This document shows positions 38,501 to 46,676 of a stretch of DNA of 50,331 nucleotides, piece by piece (the first letter of the stretch is position 1; each line of letters starts with the position of its first letter). The stretch covers positions 1 through 50,331 of the forward strand of contig JAJXVX010000001.1 in NCBI GenBank assembly GCA_021781915.1, read 5' to 3'. Position numbers and translations under genes: made by a program. This DNA comes from a bacterium (lineage in GTDB: Bacteria; Patescibacteriota; Saccharimonadia; Saccharimonadales; UBA4665). A model generated the notes under the pieces. It was not told where the DNA came from. It worked only from the letters and a program-made list of their open reading frames with translations, and did no database searches.

Positions 38501-39178
38501 ACTTAAATAGTGAGCATCACAGGTCAAAACACAATCGACACCCATCTCTTGACCTATTTTTAGTAGTTTATCATTGACTGCCACTTGCTCATCCCAGAAC
38601 TTAGGATGAGAAGGATGTCCATGATCCTGAATCTCCAGATAATAACGATCGCCAAAAACATTTCGATACCAATTAATTACTTCTTTAGCTTCTTTGATTT
38701 GGTTTTGACGGAGTAAATCGCCAACCTCGCCACCTATACATCCAGATAAGCAGATTAATCCTTCGCTATATAATTCTAGTGTTTTTTTGTCTAGCCTTGG
38801 CTTGTAATAGAATCCTTCCAAATTTGCCAAAGTAGAAAGTTTCATTAAATTTTGATAACCTTGGTTATTCATTGCTAAAAGCGTCAAATGATAATTCTGT
38901 TTATCTTTTGAAACGTCACGATCAGACATCGATCGAGTAGCCATGTAAGTTTCAATGCCTATAATCGGCTTTACTTTGTTATCAAGACATTCTTTATAAA
39001 ACTCAATCGATCCGCCCATCGTACCATGATCTGTTATAGCAATAGCTTCCATGCCAACATCTTTAACAAACTTAACCAGAGGTGGAATTTTAGTTAGTCC
39101 ATCCAACAGCGAGTACTGTGTGTGATTGTGTAGGTGGACATAGTCCGATGATTTTAGCTTGTTTTTATTTGACCCCAT
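35579..39178 (-). CDS. dnaE: DNA polymerase III alpha subunit (start likely MGSNK at 39178)
   Basis: PHP HLHNHT..DG, GPGRGSAAGS, PDIDID, KMDFLGL, FNKSHS, OB fold; SD AAGGGGAG upstream of 39178. Confidence 0.98.
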   Translation of the reverse strand: MGSNKNKLKSSDYVHLHNHTQYSLLDGLTKIPPLVKFVKDVGMEAIAITDHGTMGGSIEFYKECLDNKVKPIIGIETYMATRSMSDRDVSKDKQNYHLTLLAMNNQGYQNLMKLSTLANLEGFYYKPRLDKKTLELYSEGLICLSGCIGGEVGDLLRQNQIKEAKEVINWYRNVFGDRYYLEIQDHGHPSHPKFWDEQVAVNDKLLKIGQEMGVDCVLTCDAHYLSEDDQTAHEILLCVQTGSLLDDQNRMSLKEFDLHVTNPTELIERWGDEHPEVILNSKKIADRCSIEISLGNLLIPTFPLENNLTEKEYLHEQVYHGLKKRYLDEKSQNLVSQDDIHSKLPNDVKERVEYELGIIDKMGFNGYFLIISDFINWGKNKGIVFGPGRGSAAGSIVAYSLRITELDPLKYDLLFERFLNPERISMPDIDIDIQDNRRQEVIEYCIEKYGQDRVANIVTFGRMAARNAVRDVARVLGIPYSEADRLAKLIPPPVQGRHIPLAVSTKNDPVLKTEYAENDSSKKIFDLAFQLEGTIRSHGVHAAGVVIAPEDIVRYTPLEMAQKGFVATQYSMSPIEEIGLLKMDFLGLSNLTIINNTLRIIRKVYSEDIDINNLKLNDKKTYELLRRGDTTGVFQFESSGMKKYLKDLRPTEFNDIVAMGALYRPGPLSAGLTDSYIRRKNKQEDITYAHPNMKSALESTYGVLVYQEQFMQISRDVCGFSGAEADTLRKAIGKKKRDMMQKMETRFIEGAVERGIDRQLITDFWVQLLGFADYCFNKSHSACYGLISYQTAYLKANYPVAFMAALMSSDYDDLDRLSIEINECKHMGIEVLLPDINQSFLEFSIVPGENKIRFGLAAIKNVGSNVVSEIIKIREEGIFKDLSDFIRRVDYKLINKKTLESLIKSGALDSFGGREQLLENLDLILSFSSRIQKENKSGQADLFNMFNNVDDNNGAKLELKPINREVNLKQILMWEKELLGLYLSEHPLMSYRAILSEKASPINSIDKSKQDRTVTIGGIITDFKEITTKNGKRMAFASMEDMDDSIELVLFPKTYSETVGLWQKDRVMIVKGKASFESDTKKMLVDDAREVTYEQAKAFLPSTRRSKSAVVNNPLKVVVENPLNRRVFIRLADSSDTAKLVKIKQTIDGNSGTSEVVLVLGDESNKQAIRIPYGFNYSNETEDELSGIVGQENIYIKEY

Positions 39179-39267
39179 AACTCCCCTTATGGAAAAAAGT
39201 GTATCTAAATTATACAAAACTAAAGCAATAAAAAACTAGACTTAAATTAACAACACCCGCAAAATAA

Positions 39268-39459
39268 CTATTTAAAAAACAGATTAGACAGTTTGTCTTT
39301 CATCTTAGATAAGTTTTCGATCTTTCTTTCAGTATCATCAGTTATTTTCTTGGCTTTTTTAAGAATTTTAAAAATCCAGCTAAATATTACTACTAACATC
39401 ACAAAAACCAATAACTCTAAAATCATCATGATTGTAGTTATAACTTCTAAATAGTGCAT
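39268..39459 (-). CDS. Small single-pass membrane protein (63 aa)
   Basis: Hydrophobic N-terminal half and charged coiled-coil tail; TAGAAT 6 nt upstream of the ATG; fills the intergenic gap. Confidence 0.7.
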   Translation of the reverse strand: MHYLEVITTIMMILELLVFVMLVVIFSWIFKILKKAKKITDDTERKIENLSKMKDKLSNLFFK

Positions 39460-39491
39460 AAGCTCATTCTAATTCTAAAAATAGAAAAATA

Positions 39492-40388
39492 CTATTTTAA
39501 TTTATCTTTTAAATATTCGCCCAGTTCTTGACCGATGTCTTTACGTTGAAGCGCAAAATCAAAAACAGTCTTCAGATAATCTAGTACATTTCCTGTATCA
39601 TATCTTTTCGAGTTCTTAATCTCATAAGCATACACCGAGACTCCATCTTGAATCATTGGTTCAATAATATAATCGGTTGCGAAAAACTCTTTATTCTTTG
39701 GAATATTTTGATTAGCCTTCTTTACGTACTTCATAACTTCCGGAGAAAACAAATATCCAACCACAGATGCTAGGTTTGACGGAGCGTTTTTCTTACCAGG
39801 TTTTTCAATAATTTGATTAACTTTCAAAACCCCATCATAAAATTTTTCTCCCGATATAATACCGTAACGATCGAAGTCTTTATCATCGTTTACTGTTATA
39901 CAAGGCATGATTGTGCTTTCTAGCTCATAATAAAGATCAATCAGTTGTTTGAAGGGGTTGGGTTTAGAAATAATTAGATCATCTGCAAAAGTGTAGATGA
40001 AAGGTTCATCGCCAATTAAATGAGCGGCATTCGAAATTGGCGTAGCGGTGCCGTAAGGACCTTTTTGCCTAACATAAGCGAAGTTAGCTAGATTAGCAAT
40101 TTTTTCCAGATCATCTATGTAATGTTTTTTAGAAGGGCCACCACTAATCAAATTATTTAGCAAATCTTGATTGGGACTATCGAAATGATCTTCGATACTT
40201 CTTTTAGAATATCCGTTAACAATAATAATGTCTTTGATACCTGCCTCAACTAAATCCTCTACAACGTACTGTATCACCGGTTTATCTACTAGGGGGAGCA
40301 TTTCTTTAGGCATTGCCTTAGTCTGAGGTAAAAATCTAGTACCGAACCCGGCGGCGGCGATAACTGCTTTAGTAACTTTTTTGACCAT
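39492..40388 (-). CDS. galU: UTP--glucose-1-phosphate uridylyltransferase
   Basis: AAGFGTRFLPQTKAMPKEMLP, IEKP and RYDTG motifs. Confidence 0.93.
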   Translation of the reverse strand: MVKKVTKAVIAAAGFGTRFLPQTKAMPKEMLPLVDKPVIQYVVEDLVEAGIKDIIIVNGYSKRSIEDHFDSPNQDLLNNLISGGPSKKHYIDDLEKIANLANFAYVRQKGPYGTATPISNAAHLIGDEPFIYTFADDLIISKPNPFKQLIDLYYELESTIMPCITVNDDKDFDRYGIISGEKFYDGVLKVNQIIEKPGKKNAPSNLASVVGYLFSPEVMKYVKKANQNIPKNKEFFATDYIIEPMIQDGVSVYAYEIKNSKRYDTGNVLDYLKTVFDFALQRKDIGQELGEYLKDKLK

Positions 40389-40401
40389 CTTCGTTATTCC
40401 C

Positions 40402-41889
40402 TTATTTTAATAAATTAATTTCTTGGCTGATTAGTTGATTTACGATCTGTGGGTTAGCCTGACCTTTAGTTTCTTTCATAATTTGTCCGACCAAAAACCC
40501 GACTGCTTTTGTCTCGCCTAGTAAAATATCATTGACTACTTTTGGGTTTTTTTGAATAACGCTCTTAACAATAACAGCTAACTCATCCTGATTAGAATTT
40601 TGTAGATAACCACTGTCTTTGGCCCATTGTAATATATCACTGATTTTATCTTTCGAAATTAATAATTCCCCTATTAGTTCAGTTAATTTAGTTGAGTTTA
40701 TCTGTCCAGTTATCTTTAGAGAATAGGCTGCTTCAAATACATTCTGCCGTGTTTGACTTGAAATAATAAGATTTTCGCCAGCCTCTTCGCTACGCTCTAG
40801 TAATGGTAGCTCAATGTTCATAATCCAATTGGCATAGGTCTTAGCCTTATCGGTTTCATCTATGGCTTGGTCAATTAAACTAAGTGGCGAGCTATCATAG
40901 TCCGCTTCAGCCAAAAGAAGCAGATTAGTCGTTTCAAGTTCTAGTCCCAAAGATATTAATTTATTACGCCAGAGCTGAGCCGAAACTGGCATAGTTTTTT
41001 TATTAGATAGCAGCTCGTCTTTAGTGATTATTATGGGTGGGATGTCTGGGTCGGGCATATATCTATAGTCATCGGCGTTTTCTTTGATTCTTTGAGTAAA
41101 TGAAACCTGTTTAGCGTCATTCCATCCCCTAGTCTCCTGCCTAATCTGACCGCCTTTTTCCAGAATTTCTATTTGACGGATTACCTCATAATCAATCGAT
41201 TTTTCGACTGCTCTAAAACTATTCAAATTTTTTGTTTCAGTCCTCGTTCCCAAATCATCGGTCTTTGAAACAGACACATTAACATCAAACCTCATATTGC
41301 CATAAAACAAATTGACATCTGATACCTTAGCGAACTTCATGGCCAAATACAAATTAAAGCAATACTCTTTGGCCTCAGCAGAAGTATGCATTTGAGGTTC
41401 TGATACTATTTCAAGCAAAGGTGCGCCGGCTCGATTTAAATCAACTAAACTATAATTAGCGCCAGCCGGATGAGTACTTTTACCAGCATCAGCTTCAAGG
41501 TGAGCTCTGGTAATTTCAATTCTTTTTATCTGACCGTCTGAAATTATTTCGACGTAACCTCCCTTTAATATAGGATATTCAAATTGAGTGATCTGGTATC
41601 CCATCGGCAAATCGGGATAAAAATAATGTTTTCGATCAAACTTAGAAAAGACTTGAGCTTCGGTATTAAGGGCATAACCAGCTCTAATAGCTAGCGTAAT
41701 GGCTTCCCGATTGACGAATGGCAATGCGCCTGGTAAACCAAAATCTATATGATTGGTCTGATGATTAACTGTATTAGTAGTTGAATCGTTGATACTGCCT
41801 GAAAATAACTTAGTTTTCGTATTTAACTGGACATGGCACTCTATACCAATCGTAACTTTATATGAATCTCGGACTTTTTGTTCGATCAT
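40402..41889 (-). CDS. gatB: Asp/Glu-tRNA amidotransferase subunit B
   Basis: IGIECHVQL, FDRKHYFYPDLP, DLNRAGAPLLEIV and DYRYMPDPDIP motifs. Confidence 0.97.
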   Translation of the reverse strand: MIEQKVRDSYKVTIGIECHVQLNTKTKLFSGSINDSTTNTVNHQTNHIDFGLPGALPFVNREAITLAIRAGYALNTEAQVFSKFDRKHYFYPDLPMGYQITQFEYPILKGGYVEIISDGQIKRIEITRAHLEADAGKSTHPAGANYSLVDLNRAGAPLLEIVSEPQMHTSAEAKEYCFNLYLAMKFAKVSDVNLFYGNMRFDVNVSVSKTDDLGTRTETKNLNSFRAVEKSIDYEVIRQIEILEKGGQIRQETRGWNDAKQVSFTQRIKENADDYRYMPDPDIPPIIITKDELLSNKKTMPVSAQLWRNKLISLGLELETTNLLLLAEADYDSSPLSLIDQAIDETDKAKTYANWIMNIELPLLERSEEAGENLIISSQTRQNVFEAAYSLKITGQINSTKLTELIGELLISKDKISDILQWAKDSGYLQNSNQDELAVIVKSVIQKNPKVVNDILLGETKAVGFLVGQIMKETKGQANPQIVNQLISQEINLLK

Positions 41890-42305
41890 TTCTTATCGTC
41901 CTTTAGTAATTCTAAATCTATTAAGGATTGGCGGCAGGAGTGTATTAAACGTAAAACGGTATCTTTATCTTCGAGTAATGTTTTATCATCCAAAATTTGA
42001 GTGGCTAATTTATGACAAAACCAAACATCATCATTATTAGAAAATTTGTGTTGGGCTGAGACGATTTTTTCACCAGCACTGTGGCCTTTAAAATGTTTAA
42101 ACTTAAGAGTGTCAATGATTAATTTATCAGCTTCAACGGCAAACTGAGACCATTTATTTTTTTTACTGACCAGCTTCATTAATGAATTCCACCTCTTAAT
42201 CAATCTTTTTTTCTGTAAATTTTGACGATAAATTAAATAGAATACCGTAATTAAAATAATTAAAGCAGCTGAAATCACTAAGACTAATTTTGAATTGCTG
42301 ATCAT
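41886..42305 (-). CDS. Hypothetical single-pass membrane protein inside the gatCAB operon
   Basis: N-terminal TM helix; 4-bp ATGA overlaps with both gatA and gatB. Confidence 0.8.
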   Translation of the reverse strand: MISNSKLVLVISAALIILITVFYLIYRQNLQKKRLIKRWNSLMKLVSKKNKWSQFAVEADKLIIDTLKFKHFKGHSAGEKIVSAQHKFSNNDDVWFCHKLATQILDDKTLLEDKDTVLRLIHSCRQSLIDLELLKDDKK

Positions 42306-43732
42306 TTAAATTGCCTCTCGACTATTTCGGATACTTGTAATAATTGTCTATCAGCCTTAAAAGGTGCCATAATTTGAAATCCAACAGGTAAATCATCTAT
42401 CATCCCAACCGGCAATGAAATCGCCGGAATCCCAGTCAGATTTGCGGCAACAGTCATAACATCTGAAAGATACATCTTTAATGGATCATCGGTTTTTTCA
42501 CCAATTTTAAACGGTAAATCTGGTGATACCGGACTAACTAAAAAATCAACGGCCGAAAAAGCCTGTTTAAATTCATTAATCAATTTAGTTCTGACTTGTT
42601 GAGCTTTTTTATAGTATGCATCGTAATAACCACTACTTAGAACATAAGTACCAATCATAATTCTACGTTTTGCCTCAGCGCCAAAACCTTCAGATCGAGA
42701 CTTCAAATAATAATCCTCTAGGTCAACAGCCGAATCATCATGATGACCATATCTAATACCATCATAGCGACTTAGATTAGAGCTAACTTCTGCTGGGCAA
42801 ACTATATAGTAGACCGCTAAAGAAAGATCGATTGAAGGAATCGAGATATCGACAATTTCCGCTCCAAGTTTTTTTAAACTATCGATTACTTCCTGCGTAC
42901 GAATTTTAATCTTATCGTTTAAGCCTTCGTTCATGAGATCATTTAAAACACCTATTTTGACACCTTTAAGATCTTTTAGTGGCTCAAAATTCCCATATCC
43001 ATCCTTATCTTTTTCAATCATGGTTGAATCAAGTTGATCGGGTCCACTCATAACATCTAAGATTAGTGCGCCATCAGATACGTTGTTAGTTAGAGGCCCT
43101 ATCACATCGAGACTTGACGCCATTGCTACTACACCGCTCCTAGATACTAACCCATAGCTTGGCTTGATGCCGACAACATTACAAAAGCTAGCTGGTGTAC
43201 GAATTGATCCGCCAGTATCACTACCGAGTGAAAATGGCGCCATATCAAGCGCAACAGCTGCTGCCGAACCACCAGACGAACCGCCGGCTACCCGTGTTTC
43301 ATTAAACGGATTCTTAGTAATCATAAAATCACTATTTTCAGTCGACGCACCATGCGCAAAAGCATCTAAGTTAGCCTTGCCAACTAAAATAGCACCTTCA
43401 TCTAATAACCGAGTGATAGACGTTGCCTGATAAGGAGCCTTGAAGTTCCGAAGCATGTTAGATCCAGCCGTTGTATAACCATCGAAGGTTAAAAAATTAT
43501 CTTTTGCAATAAAAGGGATGCCCGCTAGTCTTCCGACGTCTTGTCCGTTTTTTATCTTATTATCAATCTCAGTAGCTCGAGCATAAGCTTGCTCTTTTAA
43601 TTCTGAAATTAACACATTAAAATGTCGATTTTTATCTATAAAAGAAAAAGCTTTATCGACTAAATCTTTAGCACTAACCTGTCCACTTTTTACTTGTTTT
43701 ACTAATACATCGATAGAAGGCCAATTACTCAT
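42302..43732 (-). CDS. gatA: Asp/Glu-tRNA amidotransferase subunit A
   Basis: Amidase signature GGSSGGSAA..GSDTGGSIR, SSNLSRYDG, RRIMIGTYVLS. Confidence 0.97.
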   Translation of the reverse strand: MSNWPSIDVLVKQVKSGQVSAKDLVDKAFSFIDKNRHFNVLISELKEQAYARATEIDNKIKNGQDVGRLAGIPFIAKDNFLTFDGYTTAGSNMLRNFKAPYQATSITRLLDEGAILVGKANLDAFAHGASTENSDFMITKNPFNETRVAGGSSGGSAAAVALDMAPFSLGSDTGGSIRTPASFCNVVGIKPSYGLVSRSGVVAMASSLDVIGPLTNNVSDGALILDVMSGPDQLDSTMIEKDKDGYGNFEPLKDLKGVKIGVLNDLMNEGLNDKIKIRTQEVIDSLKKLGAEIVDISIPSIDLSLAVYYIVCPAEVSSNLSRYDGIRYGHHDDSAVDLEDYYLKSRSEGFGAEAKRRIMIGTYVLSSGYYDAYYKKAQQVRTKLINEFKQAFSAVDFLVSPVSPDLPFKIGEKTDDPLKMYLSDVMTVAANLTGIPAISLPVGMIDDLPVGFQIMAPFKADRQLLQVSEIVERQFK

Positions 43733-43748
43733 AAAACCAATTAGACCT

Positions 43749-44051
43749 TTAACTTTCGCTCAACATTTTAGGTACTTTAATATAGTCACCTTCACTATAA
43801 GGCACATTGCTCATTAACTCTGTAATATCGTAACCATAGTCGGTCGGATTGTCCTCCCGAAGTACAGATTCTAGTCCAGTCACCTGATCTGATACTTCCA
43901 GATTATCAACCTTGGCCTCAGATAATTTGGACACAAAATCAATAATCGAAGAAAGTTCTTTTTGCATCTCATCGACTTCTTTGTCCGATAAAATTAGCCT
44001 GGATAATTTTGCCAATTTTAATATCTCGTCTCGGGATAGAGTGTTTGCCAT
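43749..44051 (-). CDS. gatC: Asp/Glu-tRNA amidotransferase subunit C (start likely MANTL)
   Basis: LAKLSRL, LRED and YIKVPK motifs; extended -10 TGcTACAAT 8 nt upstream of ATG 44051. Confidence 0.93.
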   Translation of the reverse strand: MANTLSRDEILKLAKLSRLILSDKEVDEMQKELSSIIDFVSKLSEAKVDNLEVSDQVTGLESVLREDNPTDYGYDITELMSNVPYSEGDYIKVPKMLSES

Positions 44052-44072
44052 TTGGATGTATTGTAGCAAATA

Positions 44073-46055
44073 TTATCTTGAATGTTTAATTTTTTTATCT
44101 GATTCAAGCGACTTTATAATATCTCTTAGTTCTGCCGCTAACTCAAACTCTAGATTAGCCGAAGCTAATTCCATTTGTGAGGTTAAGTCGGTAATTATTG
44201 TGCCGTACTCTTCCTTAGGAATCTTTTTAAGATTAAGCTTTGTTTGCTTAGCTTCCTCGGACATGACTCCATGCATCGTTTCTTCAACCTCTCTAGAGAT
44301 GGTTTTCGGCGTAATGTGATTGAGTTGATTATAACGAAGTTGTATCTCTCGATTAGAATTAGTTAGATCAATGCACCTCTTCATGCTATCGGTTATTCGG
44401 TCAGCATACATAATGACTCGGCCGTCAACATGCCTAGCCGCTCGACCGGCTGTTTGAATTAAAGCTGTATCACTTCTAAGAAATCCTTCTTTATCTGCAT
44501 CGAGGATTAGTACTAAGCTAACTTCCGGCAAGTCTATACCTTCTCTTAATAGGTTAATCCCCACTAACACATCAAAGACTCCAAGTCTAATATCTCTTAA
44601 AATATCGGTTCTATCCAAAGTATCAACGTCACTGTGAATGTAAGCTACTTTGATACCGGCCTCATTGAGATATTCGGTTAAGTCTTCAGCCATTCTTTTG
44701 GTCAAAGTAGTTATCAGGACTCTTTGGTTTTTTTTAATGTTATCTCTAATCTCAGCAATCACATCGTCTATTTGATTATTAGTCGGCCGAATCTCAATTT
44801 CAGGATCGAGTAAGCCAGTCGGTCTAATTAACTGTGAGACGATTAAATTATTTGAGTCCTTAATCTCATAGTCAGCTGGCGTAGCGGAGACATAAAGTAC
44901 ATTGTTCATATGTTTTTCAAACTCCAGAAAAGTTAAAGGTCGGTTGTCTAAAGCACTAGGTAGGCGAAAACCATATTCAACAAGCGTTTCTTTTCTAGCT
45001 CGGTCTCCATTGTACATACCCTTAATTTGTGGAACTGTCATGTGCGATTCATCGATAATCATCAGATAATCATCTGGAAAATAATCCATTAAAGTCGCCG
45101 GTTGCTCGCCTTCCTCACGATTAGTTAAATAACGGGAGTAATTTTCAATACCCTTGACAAAGCCAGTCTGTTCGAGCATCTCAAGATCGAAATTAGTTCT
45201 TTGAGTAATACGTTGAATCTCAAGCAATTTATTTTGGCCTTTAAAAAATTTAATTCGACTATCAAGCTCTTCTCTTATTTTACCGATTGACATCTTGACC
45301 TTATCTTGTGTTGTAACATAATGTGAATTTGGATAGATAGTGTAAGAATCTAGTTTTCTTAAAATCTCGCCGGTCAAAGGATTAAATTGAAGAATACGTT
45401 CAATGGTTTCACCGTACATATCTATTCGATAGGCCACTTCTTCGCCGGCTGGGTAGATATCAAGAACATCGCCTTTAACTCGAAAAATACCTCGGTGAAA
45501 GTCTATTTCATTTCTTTGATATTGAATATCGGTCAGCTGACGAATTAACTTATCTCTCAATCTCTTTTGACCAACTTTTAGTTTAATTGACAAATCAGCG
45601 TAGTCATCAACCGATCCAATTCCGTAAATACAACTAACGCTAGCTACAATGATTACATCTTTTCTAGATAAAAGTGCGTCAGTCGCAGCATGTCTTAAAC
45701 GATCGATTTCTTCGTTAATCTTAGAATCTTTTTCTATATAGACATCCGACCGAGCAATATAAGCTTCTGGTTGGTAATAATCAAAATAAGAAACAAAATA
45801 ATGAACGGCCGCATCGGGAAAAAAATGTTTAAATTCATTATAAAGTTGAGCAGCTAAAGTTTTATTATGGGAAACCACTAGGGTTGGTTTATTTAATTTT
45901 TCTATCACATTGGCCATCGTAAATGTCTTTCCAGAACCAGTAACACCCCGAAGAACTTGGCGTGAACGCCCTCGATCAAAATTTGACACAATAGTCTCAA
46001 TAGCCTGGGGCTGATCCCCGGTGGGTTTAAATGAACTTTTTATCTTAAGTGCCAT
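44073..46055 (-). CDS. uvrB: Excinuclease ABC subunit B
   Basis: GDQPQAI, GVTGSGKT, YFDYYQPEAY, DESH and a C-terminal UVR domain. Confidence 0.98.
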   Translation of the reverse strand: MALKIKSSFKPTGDQPQAIETIVSNFDRGRSRQVLRGVTGSGKTFTMANVIEKLNKPTLVVSHNKTLAAQLYNEFKHFFPDAAVHYFVSYFDYYQPEAYIARSDVYIEKDSKINEEIDRLRHAATDALLSRKDVIIVASVSCIYGIGSVDDYADLSIKLKVGQKRLRDKLIRQLTDIQYQRNEIDFHRGIFRVKGDVLDIYPAGEEVAYRIDMYGETIERILQFNPLTGEILRKLDSYTIYPNSHYVTTQDKVKMSIGKIREELDSRIKFFKGQNKLLEIQRITQRTNFDLEMLEQTGFVKGIENYSRYLTNREEGEQPATLMDYFPDDYLMIIDESHMTVPQIKGMYNGDRARKETLVEYGFRLPSALDNRPLTFLEFEKHMNNVLYVSATPADYEIKDSNNLIVSQLIRPTGLLDPEIEIRPTNNQIDDVIAEIRDNIKKNQRVLITTLTKRMAEDLTEYLNEAGIKVAYIHSDVDTLDRTDILRDIRLGVFDVLVGINLLREGIDLPEVSLVLILDADKEGFLRSDTALIQTAGRAARHVDGRVIMYADRITDSMKRCIDLTNSNREIQLRYNQLNHITPKTISREVEETMHGVMSEEAKQTKLNLKKIPKEEYGTIITDLTSQMELASANLEFELAAELRDIIKSLESDKKIKHSR

Positions 46056-46092
46056 TAAGATAATTTTAACAGATTAATCTGAAAGGATTGAC

Positions 46093-46656
46093 TTAATAGA
46101 GATTCTTATACTGTCGATGTTCGATATCAAGATGTTTGGTTAATTCTTTAATTAACTGCTCAGCCGAATCATTAAAGGTTACTAGTGAACCTCGCTTGAT
46201 TGGATGAGACAAACCTATTAAGGTGTGGATTTCATCACTGATACCTCCTGCGCCCTGTAAGAAACCAATTGGAGTTGACGATTCCATGGCTATAGTAAAC
46301 TCATGAAGTGTACCTAACCTACCTCCAATACTTATTACAGCATCAGATGATGTAATAAGTAGCGTGTCTCGGCCAACATAATGAAGCCCGCTGTATAAAA
46401 TTGTGTCGTAGAACTCAGTTGGTAAACGGTATTTCATGACATGCTCCACTTTAGAGGCAGCTGGAGAGATACCTAGACTCATGCTTCCACCAGCCTTTTT
46501 GTAGGCTTCAGCGGCATAGTTAGGTAAGCCTATTGTTGCTCCACTTAATAAACTATGACCGGCCTTGGCAATGGCGACGCCAATCGATTCAGCCAATCTT
46601 TTGCCTTCTTCGACGCTTTCGCCTTTAGCTGCTCCTGAAACACAAATCTGATACAT
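46093..46656 (-). CDS. LOG/SLOG family (lysine-decarboxylase-like) nucleotide-binding protein
   Basis: ICVSG Rossmannoid start, LLSGA, GISP, GR..LITSSDA and IGGRLGTLHE (GGxGTxxE-like) motifs. Confidence 0.8.
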   Translation of the reverse strand: MYQICVSGAAKGESVEEGKRLAESIGVAIAKAGHSLLSGATIGLPNYAAEAYKKAGGSMSLGISPAASKVEHVMKYRLPTEFYDTILYSGLHYVGRDTLLITSSDAVISIGGRLGTLHEFTIAMESSTPIGFLQGAGGISDEIHTLIGLSHPIKRGSLVTFNDSAEQLIKELTKHLDIEHRQYKNLY

Positions 46657-46676
46657 TAATTACCCTTTTAATTCCG

